In this document: positions 40,925 through 54,184 of the stretch, one piece after another | Layout of the letters: each line of letters starts with the position of its first letter | How positions within the stretch are numbered: position 1 is the first letter of the stretch | Source of the DNA: Octopus sinensis | Lineage: Eukaryota | Assembly (NCBI RefSeq): GCF_006345805.1 | Contig: NC_043022.1 | Location: 10,354,001 to 10,418,000 of the forward strand | DNA length: 64,000 bases | Reading direction: 5' to 3' | Program-made: the position numbers and the translations under genes | The notes under the pieces: generated by a model | Seen by the model: only the letters and a program-made list of their open reading frames with translations | Database searches by the model: none | What the model was told of the DNA's origin: nothing

Positions 40925-41344
40925 TACTGTCGTTACTGTCCTGTTTTTGTTACCATTTTTACCCCTCTGCAAAAAGATCTCAAATTTTATTTAGTTTGCT
41001 TTTCGCGGGAAGTAAAGTTTCTATCAAAGATGCGTATCGCCTTCACCTTCGAAATGCAGAGTAGGTGAAACCATGGTGACTGAAGAAGGGGAATTTTCCT
41101 TGTATTATTTGTCCTGTACTCTATTTTTTCGTTGTTTAAGAAAAATGTCCAGTTCCTTGGTTTTGTGTTTATGTTTTCGTTTCTCATTGTGTTCGACGTT
41201 TTTTTTGGTGTCCTGTACCCATATATGCATGTATATATACATGTAGAGGTAGGTACGTACATGCATATGTTTTATTTATTAATTTATTATATGACGGAAC
41301 GCACGCATTCATTTCTACATATATATACACATACATACATATAT

Positions 41345-41396
<52 letters not shown>

Positions 41397-41405
41397 TATA
41401 CATAC

Positions 41406-41437
<32 letters not shown>

Positions 41438-41439
41438 TT

Positions 41440-44190
41440 GCAACACTAACTTCAGGAAACCTACCAGCCACCTAGTCACCTACCGATCGGGCCGACATAC
41501 CAGCCAAATTGACTACATCCTTGCCAGGAAAAGGGAAAGATGGCTGCTTATAAATGCCAAAACCTTCCCAGGCGAAGAATGCACCCCGCAACATAGAGTG
41601 GTAGTTAGTGACTTTAGGATCAGGACTAAGAGGACAACCAGAAGACGACCAACATGGAGAAAAAGGATCTGGAAGCTTAAAGATCCTGCGAATGGACAGA
41701 AATTTAGGGACATATTACTTGAAGCCTTTGACGAAGTAGAAGGGGATAGAGCATCACATGGGGTAGAAGACAACTGGACGTTTCTAAGGGACAACCTGCT
41801 AAGAGCCACTGACCAGATCTGTGGCTGGTACAAAGTCCCCTCTCGTCCCAAGGTAACGTGGTGAAGGAACAATGTTGTAGACAGGGCTATTAGAGAAAAG
41901 AGACAGGCTTGGAAGGACTGGAAGAATGGTGGTAGCAGAGAATTGTATCAGACTGCCAAAAGGGAAGCTAGGAGACAGGTCTTTCTAGCCAGAGGGGAAG
42001 CAGATAAGAAAAAATTTGCCAATGTTCTGCGCCATGAGGACCAAAGACTGGAGGTGTTTCGTGTTGCAAGACAGTGTGTGAGTGAGAATTGTGATGTGGT
42101 AGGAGAGAAATGTGTTCGCATGGATGATGGTTCACTTGCGCTAAATGAGGATGCAAAGAGAGAGGTTTGGAGACGCCACTATGAAAGGTCGCTGAATAAA
42201 AAAAATGAATGGGATAAAGAGAGTCTGCCGAATGTCGACCCAACAGAGGGACCAGCTATCTGAGTTGACAGTTCCTTGGTAGTTAAGGCAATTAGAAGCA
42301 TGAAGACAGGAAAAGCCCCAAGCCCATCAGGAATCACTGCAGAGATGCTCAAAATATCTGGTAGTGTCAGCTATAGCCTAGTCACCCATATAGTTAATCA
42401 GGTGATACACGAAGGAGTCATACCCTATGACTGGTGTAGCACTGATGCTATATTCCTGGTAAGGCAGCTGCAGGAGAAATACCTAGCCAAAGATAAGCCC
42501 CTGTACCTGGCTTTTGTTGACATGGAGAAAGCCTTCGACAGGGTCCCCCAATCCCTTATCTGGTGGTCAATGAGGAAACTAGAGATAGATGAATGGTTAG
42601 TGAGAGCTGTGCAAGCCATGTACAGGGACGCCGCTAGTAAGGTGAGGGTTGGCAACGAGTACAGTGAAGAATTCCGGGTAGAGGTAGGGGTCCATCAAGG
42701 CTCAGTCCTCAGCCCCCTCCTATTTATCATAGTCCTCCAGGCAATAACGGAGGAATTCAAGACAGGATGCCCCTGGGAGCTCCTCTATGCTGATGACCTT
42801 GCTCTAATTGCTGAGTCACTTTTAGAACTGGAGGAGAACTTTAAGGTGTGGAAGCAAGGATAAGAATCGAAGGGTCTTAGAGTCAATCTAGCTAAAATCA
42901 AAGTCCTAATAAATAGGAAGGTAGACAAATCACAAACGCCTTCAGGTAGATGGCCCTGCTCGATCTGTAGAGAAGGTGTAGGTAGAAACTCTATAAGATG
43001 CACCAGGTGTAAGCTATGGACACATAAGAGGTGCAGCAAAGTCAAAGGAAGGCTAACTGGGAAGATAGTTTTTGTATGTGGCAGATGCTCAGGAGCAATA
43101 AACACTGAAAATGCTCTGAGACCAACTTCTGCCACATTCCAGGGAGAAAAACTAGAAATAGTTGATAGCTTCCATTACCTAGGTGACCAAGTCAGTAGTG
43201 GGGGTGGGTGCATTGAAAGTGTAACTGCTAGAGTAAGAATAGCCTGGGCAAAGTTTAGGGAGCTCTTACCTCTGCTGGTGACTACAGGCCTCTCGCTCAG
43301 AGTAAAAGGCATATTGTATGACGCATGTGTATGAACAGCCATGCTACATGGGCCGTGACTGCTGAAGACATGCGTAAGCTCACAAGAAATGAAGCCAGTA
43401 TGCTCCAATGGATGTGTAATGTCAGTGTTCATACTCGACAGAGTGTAAGTACCTTGAGAGAAAAGCTGGACCTAAGAAGCATCAGTTGCAGTGTGCAAAA
43501 GAGACGTTTGCGCTGGTATGGTCATGTGGCGAGAATGGATGAAAATAGTTGTGTGAAAAAGTGCCACACCCTGGCAGTTGAGGGAACCTGTGGAAGAGGC
43601 AGACCCAGGAAAACCTGGGACGAGGTGGTGAAACACGACCTTCGAACTTTAGGTCTCACTGAGGAAATGACTAGAGACCAAGACCTTTGGAAGTATGCTG
43701 TGCGTGAGAAGACCCGGCAGGACAAGTGAGACCATAACCTGTGGCCTCTACATGGGATGTAGCTGGTCCACTTATGCATACCTTTCCTTCTTGGGACACA
43801 AAACTCTACTTGTGAAGACCTGTTGAGGCAAGTGAGAATCAGAATCGAAATCGATCAACATCAATGGAAATTGTAGGTGTGATACCAGTGTCGGTGGCAC
43901 GTAAGAGAACCATCCGAACGTGGCCGTTGCCAGCGCTGCCCCGACTGGCCCCCGTGCCGGTAGCACGTAAAAAGCGCCATCCGATCGTGGCCGTTTGCCA
44001 GCCTCGTCTGATACCTGTGCCAGTGGCACATAAAGAGCACCCACTACACTCAGAGTGGTTGGCGTTAGGAAGGGCATCCAGCCGCAGAAATATTGCCAGA
44101 TCAGACTGGGCCTGGTGCAGCCTTCTGGCTTCCCAGACCCCAGTTGAACCGTCCAACCCATGCTAGCACGGAAAGCAGACGCTAAACGAT
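41440..44190 (+). mobile_element. RTE-clade LINE, 5'-truncated and decayed (endonuclease end, RT, 3' UTR)
   Basis: AFVDMEKAFDRV, GVHQGSVLSPLLF, LLYADDL and RRLRWYGHVARM motifs; in-frame stops and an internal deletion. Confidence 0.9.
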
Positions 44191-44259
44191 GATATACATA
44201 CATACATGACCTCGTGTGTACCGTTGGCGATTTTTTTCCCCCGTCTTCCCTTCTCCTAT

Positions 44260-44294
44260 GTTTCCGACGAAGAGCTCCGCTCGAAACGTTAAAC
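44260..44294 (+). ncRNA. Minimal Penelope-type hammerhead motif (U4C variant)
   Basis: gttt-CCGACGA-a-gagc(tcc)gctc-GAAA-cg-TT-aaac. Confidence 0.5.
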
Positions 44295-45087
44295 CCTCCT
44301 TCTTTCCTGAGCGTCCAATAATTTGTTCCACGTCCTCGTGTTGTGTTTTTTTGTGCTTTCTTGTTTGGATTAACTTTATATACATGCATACATATATATA
44401 CACACACACACACATACATACATATTAATATACACGTGTGTGTGTGTGTGTGTGTGCATTACCAGTACCATAAATCTGTGTCCCTTCACTGATGCTACCC
44501 TTTTACTTCTACTCCATTTCAAACTCTTAGACACATAAACACTGTCTCTCGTTTTTCACTTATAATCTTATTTCTCCTCTTTAGAGACATCAGACTTGAT
44601 GAAAAGATCTGTTGTCTCTAAAGTGTCAAAACTTTGATAAAATCCACAGAAGGGATGGTATAATTTTTTTTTTTTTATTTTATTAAACCTCATTCTCAAA
44701 TTGCCCCCTTTCTCTTATTGGCATACTAGACATTGTATACAAAAGGTATACAACATAACCCTACACACATTCCTCACCAAAATATTACCAATGCCCCATG
44801 GTGGGAATCACGGGTCTATACCTTCTGAGTTTGCATTCTGCCAATATAACAATGGAAGCATTCATTGATGTACTTGTAATTATAATTAAAACAACACATG
44901 AAGGTTTTAAAATTCATCTTTATTTCAAAAGCTTATCTCTACTGACCAGAGGCACATGCTAGAAATGGTAGCCAAATGCCCCTCAAATCACACCCTACCA
45001 CCTTTAAAGAGTTTGTCATGAATAGAATGTCTAATTATAGATTTGCTCCTTCAAGGTTAAGCCTGAAGCTACACAACAATAACATGT

Positions 45088-45544
45088 ACAAGGTGCATTC
45101 AAGAAGTTTTGAAACTTTATTTTTTTAGAAGCACTTATAAATGTAATGTTAGTATATTATTACTATACATCAAATAAGCTGACCTGCCAACTTTTTTTTT
45201 TATTCCAGATTGAAGGAGACAGCTGTAACCACTTTGAACACCAAGACAAAGCACCAGTCCACAATTCCATCTTGGTAATCAACTTACTTGACAAAAACAG
45301 GTGCCGGAACTGTCTTTCACCATCCCTACTGCCCAGACCTTTCTCCCTGTGACTGTTCCCCAAGCTGAAGGAGAACCTCAGGGGCAATTGATTTGAAGGC
45401 ATTAAGAAGATGAAAGAGGTTGTGACAAGGATCTTGGACACCTTCACAAAGTAGCTAGAGTACAAAACGAGATTCAAGTTTTGTATTTCTTAGACATTAA
45501 TGGCACTCCTGAAAAAATCTCAAAACATCAGGAATACACCTTGT
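45088..45544 (+). mobile_element. Mariner deletion derivative immediately 3' of the gene B stop codon
   Basis: TIR-like acaaggtgcattc / gaatacaccttgt; HQDKAPVH and decayed YSPDL-like motifs. Confidence 0.65.
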
Positions 45545-45548
45545 TACG

Positions 45549-45754
45549 TTAACTTCTTTTAGTTGGTAAATAGTGAATAGCTTCAAAACATTCTGCCTCT
45601 TTGAGAGCTTTTTTTAGAACATCAACAGTACGTTGCTCTGGTCTGGAACTCTGGTACCACCTGTTTAACATTTGGAAGCTCTGTTCTTGTGTGTTTAAAG
45701 GATAATCACACCTGATATTATCCAGTTGTATGCTTTTAATTCCTAGAAAAATTC
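45549..45754 (-). CDS. Gene B terminal coding exon, rest of death domain and stop
   Basis: cttttgcag|GA ATT...AGT TAA; IFLGIKSIQLDNIRCDYPLNTQEQSFQMLNRWYQSSRPEQRTVDVLKKALKEAECFEAIHYLPTKRS*, showing the death-domain LG..I..I...EQ..ML..W..T...L..AL pattern. Confidence 0.85.
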
Positions 45755-48700
45755 CTGCAAAAGATACAACAATAAGAACTAATTACAATCATCGTCATCA
45801 TCATTTATGTGGGGCAGATTGTCTACAGCCAAATGTTCTTCCTGTCATGAACAACAACCCTTTACAAAAGTGGTTCTTAACCTATTTTTTGTAGTGCCCT
45901 CTCTTCCTTAAGTAGTTATGTCTAGCACCTACCTAAGTGGTGAGTGTCACATCAGGATTAAACTAACTTATGGATGATAATTTAGAAATTTTACTCTTAA
46001 AATGGATTGTATAAGCTTTTAACAGAGAAATACTCTTTTACTTGTTTCAGTCATTTGACTGTGACCATGCTGGAGCACCGCCTTTAGTCGAGCAAATCGA
46101 CCCCAGGACTTATGCTTTGGAAGCCTAGTACTTATTCTGTCGGTCTCTTTTGCCGAACCGCTAAGTTACAGGGACGTAAATACACCACCATGTCAAGCGA
46201 TCTTGGAGGGACAAACACACACACACATATATATATACAACAGGCTTCTTTCAGTTTCCGTCAACCAAATCCACTCACAAGGCTTTGGTCAGCCCGAGGC
46301 TATAGTAGAAGACACTTGCCCAAGGTGCCACGCAGTGGAAATGAACCCAGAACCATGTGGTTGGTAAGCAAGCTACTTACCACAGCCACTCCAAAAACAA
46401 ATTGAATGAAGACAAAAGTTGTAAATTTACTTTATACAATGCAACTTAATGACTTCCCTGTGCTTGACAAGATCTCATTTTATTTTACTAACTATCAGCA
46501 GTTTCATCATGTACAAGCAAAAAGCCCCCCGTCCAATGGACGGTGCTGTAATAAATGAGTAGAAGCATTTTGGATTATGGTAAATTTGGGAATAACAAGA
46601 GGAATGGAGCAAAAAATTTCCACTATTGATATATACAAGGCTTCTAACCAATGTTAACCAAAGCATTTCAAGAACGAAAGTCACCATAGATGCAGCATGG
46701 CTGTGTGGTATGTAGCACCAGCACTGATGAGGTCACCAAGTCATTTGCAAGACAAAAGCCCCTCAAATGAGATGGGGGAAGGTATTGGCATAGGTGGCTT
46801 TGTGCCAGGCCATGAGAAGTTAGAGTATGACAGACGAGCAAAAAGAGGTGTCTTGTAGATTATATAAATGGTTAGCCCAGCCAGAGGGAGAGAGAGAGCA
46901 ATGGAGGCGATGTGCCAGAGTGTACTTTCAAGGTACAGGAGACCCCCTCTGGTCATGAATGATCATAGGATTGCACCTAGTAAGTTATCCTCCCAGGCAC
47001 AAGGTCAGGCAAGGTTGTTTATGAATGGCCAGCAGTCGCCCGTGCATACCAGCCTCCCCTCTCCACACCAGTGATGTTATCCAAAAGAAAGACAAAGGCC
47101 AATACAGCTTGACACTAGTGATGTCGCAACTCATTGAGGCCAGTGCTTACACTGACCACACAGCTACAGTTTAATGGCCGCCAGTTAAGTATAAAAAAAT
47201 AATAGGCGTAGGAGTGGCTGTGTGGTAAGTAGCTTACTAACGAACCACATGGTTCCGGGTTCAGTCCCACTGCATGGCACCTTAGTCAAGTGTCTTCTAC
47301 AATAGCCTCGGGCCAACCAAAGCCTTGTGAGTGGATTTGGTAGACGGAAACTGAAAGAAACCCGTCATATATACATGTGTGTGTGTCTGTGTTTGTCCCC
47401 CCCCCCCAACATTGCTTGACAACCGATGCTGGTGTGTTTACATCTCTGTAACCTAGCGGTTCGGCAAAAGAGACCGATAGAATAAGTACTAGGCTTACAA
47501 AGAATAAGTCCTGGGGTCGATTTACTCGATTATCGTTCAGCTAGTGTTAGGAACATAAATTGTGACTAAGGTTTGGTGGAAGATTTAATTCAAAACTTAT
47601 GAAAACAAGACATTTGTTACCATATTTCTGTTGAGGTGCTCTGTGTTTCTTTCAATTAATTTTAAATATAACAAAGACTTTAGTAAAATAACTTAGTCAT
47701 CATTCAGCTAGTGATAACAGCAATAACTAGTTTGAAAATGATATATTTAACCTATCAGACTACTAACCAATCATTAGAATAGATTTAAGTTTCTCTTATT
47801 TTGTATAAGTAGTATTAAGGGCCATGTGGCCCAGTGGATAAGGGTGGTTGGTTACAAACAAGACAGTGGGGTAGATGGAGGTTTCAGTCTCAGGTAGGGA
47901 TTGTGATAGGATTTTATTTTTTCTGTAAATGGAGAAGGGGGGTAAAAAAAAAAAACACCTGTGTCCATGTCTTTATCCACAAGACCATTGAGACAACAAC
48001 AATAACTAGTTTGAAAATAATATATATAAACCTATCAAACTAATGTAATCACTAACCAATCATTAAAAACAAAACACAATCAGTATGGGACAAGATTGAT
48101 CCTTTGTCCAAGTGGTATATGTGTTGCGGTGTCCATGTCTTTACCCACAGGACCATTGAGACAACGGAACACACCATGCTACCTGATTCAGGAATTGATC
48201 TAACAGCCTTAATGATTACACAATGTAATAATGTTTTGTTTATTTTAATTTTTAAATGTTCATATATGCATTTTTTGCCACTAAATTCAAAAATCACATT
48301 TGTTTTGATGTAACATCGACAGTTATTTATTCCTAATTTCATATTTGCTTGTTATATTTGTAACTTTTCTCTACAGCACTTTGTTGGTTCAATCTATTGT
48401 AGTATTGTAAGGATAATTACACAACAGTTAGTACTTTTTCATATATTGAAAGGTATTTAGGAAGTATAATATTTTGGCTGTAATTTCTAGCAGGTTAAAT
48501 GAGCAGGTCTTCCTGTTTGCTTAGCTGCAAACGTAGTAGTTTATAGCAGTGACTTGCAGTCAGGAGGAATGAAGTATTTTAGAGTTAAAAGTGACTGATA
48601 AAGAAAGAGAAATAAATATATATTTATACATACAATAAGGTCGAGAAAAGTGAAGCGTGTTAAAAAAAAAAATGGAGATAAATGTGTCAAGGTCGACATA

Positions 48701-50150
48701 GGAGAAAAATGAGAGCATATGATAATGTCAAGGACAACTTATGAAAATGAGACGGGAGTAGGTCAAAGATGAAACTACGAGAATAAGAAACGGAACAGGT
48801 TTTAATCTCCATGTTGCTGCATATATATATAAGTTTGTCTCCCGGTCACAAAAAGAATATCTAATAGGTGTAAAAAAAGAAAAATGTGCAGAGAATGAAT
48901 AGGGAAAAAATTTGCGCAAAAGAATGGCGGCGGGGGCTTTCAGAAAATTCGCAAGATCCGATTTTCCTCCCATAGCTCGGGAAAATGGATGTATATTGTT
49001 GAAAATTTTATAGAAATACCGTTCAAATGGCAAAGATTACGATTATAAAAAAATGTGTGGGGAAAATGTTTTCCGAAAGGGTGGGGAGAGTATTTCGGAA
49101 AATTCACACGATCCGATTTTTTCCCCCTCATAACTTTCAGGAATATATATCTCTCTATATATATAAAGCTGAAGTTGTCTGTGTATGGCAGGTTTAGTAG
49201 CCTTCAACTAACACTATCTCCTCCGAGACCCTGCTGCACAAGTTGACCAAAATTGAGAGTATGATAGAAGAAGGCTTGCTCTTCATTCCGTAGAAGAAAA
49301 AATTCAAATCGGACCATGTTAATACCAAAAATTATTTACATCAAAAAGGTGCTTTTTTTTCTATGAAAATCCCTAATTTTTACGATTTTTTAACTGCTGT
49401 GTCGTCATTTTTCGGTGTATTTCAACCAGAAAAATGTTCACTTAAAGAGAATAATAAGCTACATAAAGTGCGCAACCTCTTTAGCTAGAAACAATGTAAT
49501 GGGGATAGCCCTCATCCATCAGCACAATTATTTTTTTGTTTACAACACCAACTGACCATCATGTATTTTTCCCTCCAGTTCTAGAGAGGTTATGTGACCT
49601 CAGCCGTTCCAGTCTGACTAGTCGTCTATACTAGCTAAGCGCTTTACAGGTTGGGCATAAGGGGAATTAGATGCTGTGTGCAAGAGAGAAGACTGCATAG
49701 GTTTGGTCAGCTGATGTGTATGGATGTAGACAGTTGCATACGAAAGTGCTGATCACTTAAAGTGGATGGAACTTGAGGAAGAGGGAGACCAATGGCCATA
49801 ACTTTTAACTTCTTGAAAAATACATTACTGCTCCTGTCCGTATAAGCTTTCTGCCCTAATACTCTAAAGTGTGCTTCTTTTACGTACATATGGACTACTG
49901 ACGATATATATATATATATATGAGAGGCTTCTTTCAGTTTCTATCTACCATATTTCCTCACAAAGATTTGGTTGGCCCAGAGCGCGAAGATTCTTGCCCA
50001 AGGTGCCACGTAGTGGGACTGAATGCAAAACCACATGTTTGGGAAGCGAGCTTCTTAACCACACAGCCACATCTGTCCACATGTATCAAAAGCTCAATTA
50101 GATGTAAAATTAAAAAGATATAAACCATGTATTGTTATTTTTATACTCAC

Positions 50151-50222
50151 CAACTTGCCGCCATTTGTTTGATAACTGTTTTGCTATACTGAGAATGTCC
50201 CTCTCATCCAGTTTTTGAGAAT
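50151..50222 (-). CDS. Gene B death domain, N-terminal part
   Basis: ttctttcag|AT TCT...GTT G|gtgagt; DSQKLDERDILSIAKQLSNKWRQVG. Confidence 0.85.
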
Positions 50223-51366
50223 CTGAAAGAAATATTTCAAAATCTTTCACTTTATATTGGAATTCCCATCTCTGCTTATAATATATAATCTATTATTGTG
50301 AAACATTGCTATCATCAGTGGTCAATGGTTGACCACTAAGGTCTCAACATTTACAATATCTACAGAGGTATCAGGTAATATCTAAATATTTAGGACTGCA
50401 ATAAAATAAACTATTTGGGGATGGTCATATTTTTGCCAATTAACCACACACACATTATATACTTGGTTTTCATTTCAGCTTTATTATTATTATTATTATT
50501 TGAGTGTCTTTTGTATGAAATTTTTCATTGGCCAGCTTCTGTCAAATCGTCCAGCCCATGTTAAACGACAATGATGATCACACATCAGTGACCTCTTTAG
50601 CTATGTTCCATCCCATGTGTCTCCTCCTGTTATGTTTAGTCCGTTCTAAAAGTTAACTACTTTCTCTAAATCTCCTCAGTTTTTAAAGATATCCAACATA
50701 TTCTCACAATAATCATTTATATTATCTAGCTATAAACCTTTTGTGATTCTTTCCTGTGACCCCTTAGCATGGAGATGTAACAGCCAGACCTGGAGAAACT
50801 CCCTGATTTCTAACCTACACACCCAGATGAGAAACGTTACCCCAGAGATCCCTCAGAGAAACCCTATTTAAGACAGCAAGTTTGGTCTTTTGACCAACCT
50901 CTCGTCTTCAGAGGATCGACTGCTGAGAATTGGTGCATTACTGTGCCAGCATCTGCAATTTAGCATCTTGCTCCATATTAATACATCCCCTAAGATACTT
51001 AAACTTCTCTTTCCATTAATCCCCATTTATTTTTACAGTATTTTTTAGTCTTTTAGTTTTACAGCTGGTATGATACTGAAGGGTAATATACCGACAACAA
51101 ACCAGTCTTCTAGTTGGAAGTTACTCAAATGGGTGTGTAGCTTAGAGACCAGGGAGTTTTTCAAGGATCCAGCTGCTGCTGCTTCACACTGAGGGGTCAA
51201 CAGCTCCACCACTATGGACATGTGATTAGACTGACACAGGAAAGAATCATTAAAAAGTTACAACCAGCTGATAATTAAATGATTGAATGGACGGATGCAG
51301 AAGCTCCAGAAGATCTCGACTTTGCAGATGATTTTGCGCTACTTTCACAAACATATTTACACTCAC

Positions 51367-51443
51367 CTGTCACTTGAGGTTCACTGCCCTGATTACCACT
51401 ACACAATGGACTCTGATTACCACTACACAATGGACTCTCCAAT
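51367..51443 (-). CDS. Gene B 77-nt exon at the position of the RING exon (degenerate RING)
   Basis: ttgtttcag|A TTG...ACA G|gtgagt; LESPLCSGNQSPLCSGNQGSEPQVT; phase 2 to 1 like exon 1552-1697, with homologous upstream intron. Confidence 0.75.
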
Positions 51444-52189
51444 CTGAAACAAAATAAAAACACAGCCCACCAATAGCATTAATTAACACTAAATAATATA
51501 TAGTATACAGGTTTACAGTGAATATTACAATACTCAGAGAAAAGATCAATTGTAGAATAAAATATTTAACATATAAACTGGCTCAAATATTCTACCTGTT
51601 TTATACTTAACAGGTTAACTGCCACAGTCCATACTGAAAATTACCAATGATGACATCTATTTCCAGTCATACTGCGTACTGTTTAATTACAAGGAAATGT
51701 CATTTATTTTCATTTCTCCACTATTTCATAATTAAGCTTTAATATTCAGCACTCATGTTATCTAACCATTAGGAGACAACAGGGATGATCCATTGGCCGA
51801 AAAGTTGAATGACAAAGATTCTGTTAGTTCATTCAATTTTCTATACAAGAATATATGTAGTTTTATACATGTAAAGTAATTTTTTATAATTTTTTTTTTT
51901 TTTGAAAATTAAGTGCATGCTCTCTGTAGAGCTAGGGAAAAGGGTTCTGTCTTCTTAGCACTGAAACTCCAAATGGTTAAATATCCTGTCAAAGATACAG
52001 AATAAAATATTTTCTTAAATTGTGAAAATATACCAGCAACAGTGCATATAGCAGTTGTATGAAGTTTGCAATGATCCACCAGTGGTGTACATGAGGCAGT
52101 TAACATGTTAAACCAACCAGATTTAGTTTCTCACACCTACTCTACATTGTCATTCTAAAATAATCAACAAAATCATGAAAATCTATAGT

Positions 52190-52606
52190 GACGAACGTTC
52201 CGGGAGGCTTGCAACCAGCAGATCTGAGAAAAACATTGCAGATGTGCATGCAACCATGATGGGAAATCATTAAATCACCGACTGTCTTGGAAACTTGTAC
52301 ACTTGTGTGCAGCTCATACACTTTCTGCAACTTTGCACAGGCCTCTGAGCGAGTATCGCCAAGCTTTTGGCAAAATTTGATGCAGATTCTCTGCTCAACT
52401 TTCTGCCATGGTCAGTGCAGCAATCACACGCTACACACGTTCCTTCCAAGCACTGCTGTAAACAACGGAAATGAACTAGAATGTTAAAACTTAGTGTGCA
52501 TGCACAGCAGACTTCAAGGTTAATCTCTGCCAACTGGGCGGCTTCCTTCTGCGTGCTTTAGCTTCGTTACTATGGTAACAGTCCGGATACTTATTGATCA
52601 GACCAC
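52190..52606 (-). mobile_element. Mariner 5' fragment
   Basis: Terminus ggtctgatcaataagtatccggact; FCQKLGDTRSEACAKLQKVY is mariner N-terminal HTH-like. Confidence 0.7.
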
Positions 52607-53632
52607 ACACATATATTATGTGGTAATGCTTAACAAGTAGAAAAGCAGTCGATCAGCTAAGAGAGTAAAGATAATCATATAATAAAAAAATTAAAAAATC
52701 CAAATCTTGTTAATAGAGCTACTCAGAGTTTCCTGGTTGAAATAATAATTGATTCCATCACAAGACCGTTTGTCAGTCGTCTTTTGAACAGATAACGTTT
52801 AAACAAGAGAGGCTTGTAAAGAGACACAAGGGAGATAACAATCGTTGCACAATTTCGATATCAAGTAAACGTAAATCAGAAGTTAATGGTTTACTAAGTG
52901 TCCTGTGGTCTATAAAATTCCAACAAGATGTATTTCTTAAAACGCTGACATACAGAAAAAGTTTCAGTCTTCAAATTTATGTATTCGTTGGAAGGTTCTC
53001 AAGTGTTTTTTTTTAAAGATAGTTTCTCAAGAGAACACTGAACATTTTTTGGGCCCTAGATATATTTACAAGATTTATGGTTTTTGGGTTTTTTTTTCAG
53101 TAAACACTTTATATATACCTGCTTGAAGACATGTGTCAATCTATATATATAAAGTTGAAGTTGTCTGTGTATGGCAGGTTTGGTAGCCTTCAACTAACAC
53201 TATCTCCTCCTATACCCTGCAGCACAAGTTGACCAAAATTGAGATTATGATAGAAGGTTTGCTCTTCCTTCCGTAGAAGAAAAAAATTCAAATCGGACCA
53301 TGTTAACACCAAAAATTATTTACATCAAAAAGGTGCTTTTTTTCTATGAAAATCCCTATTTTTTAACGATTTTTTTTACTGCTGTGTTGCCATTTTTAGA
53401 AAAATGTTCACTTAATGAGAATAACAAGCTACATAATGCAAAATTTTTACTTTTCAAAAATTACAATTCTAAAGGGTCGAAAAGAAAACAAACTTGAGCA
53501 ACGCCGTGCAATACTGCTAGTTTATATATATAATGCTTCAGTAATGTTTCTGTAGGTGAATCTGAAACAATTGTGGTGTTATCTAACAAAGTGTATTGCT
53601 GGTTTATCCTGTCACTGTTAAGGAATACTTAC

Positions 53633-53808
53633 CGAGGTGGATAAAGCACTTTTATTTTCCTTTTCAGATCTTGATCTTCAATGAGATCAATTGGTTTGGT
53701 ATTGTATTTGTTTCTACAGTAAAGGTCTGCTCCTTGCTCTGCTAGATAGCTAACCACTACAGCAGCAGAAAGTCTGGCTTCTTTAGCAAAACCAAGCTTT
53801 AAACAGCA
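53633..53808 (-). CDS. Gene B exon: MIB-type last ankyrin repeat
   Basis: ctttgtag|TGC...CCT CG|gtaagt; CCLKLGFAKEARLSAAVVVSYLAEQGADLYCRNKYNTKPIDLIEDQDLKRKIKVLYPP resembles the MIB1 segment [29 protein letters not shown] (recalled from memory). Confidence 0.9.
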
Positions 53809-54184
53809 CTACAAAGGATGAAAATATAAAGTGAGTGCAACATCATGATAATTACACAATAACCACACTATATCTCTGTACAGTTTGTACATTGAGAGAT
53901 TGAACTGATTACATAATATTGAATTCTTACCTTATTTTGGGTTGAGTCCATTTTAAATTGATTTTTACATTATATTCAATTATGTTTTAATAAGTTCATC
54001 CCAAAATACAAACCACACTAGAACTTAACTATACAACTACCTAGATAAAATCAATTGGTCACAATATGGGAAGTACTTATGTAAGAGGACTGTGTGTGTG
54101 TGTGTATATACATACGCTAATGCTTTACAAGCAAATGCTCATGCACACTATGTATAAAGCTATATATACTCGTGTGTGTGTGTA

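Noticed and set aside
41040-41090. Hammerhead-like GAAACCATGGT palindrome in the inverted duplication
   Set aside because: No properly placed CUGANGA core upstream and no valid NUH triplet
52270-52533. Cys-rich ORF as the missing RING exon of gene B
   Set aside because: Off-frame reading of a mariner fragment; cysteine spacing is not RING-like
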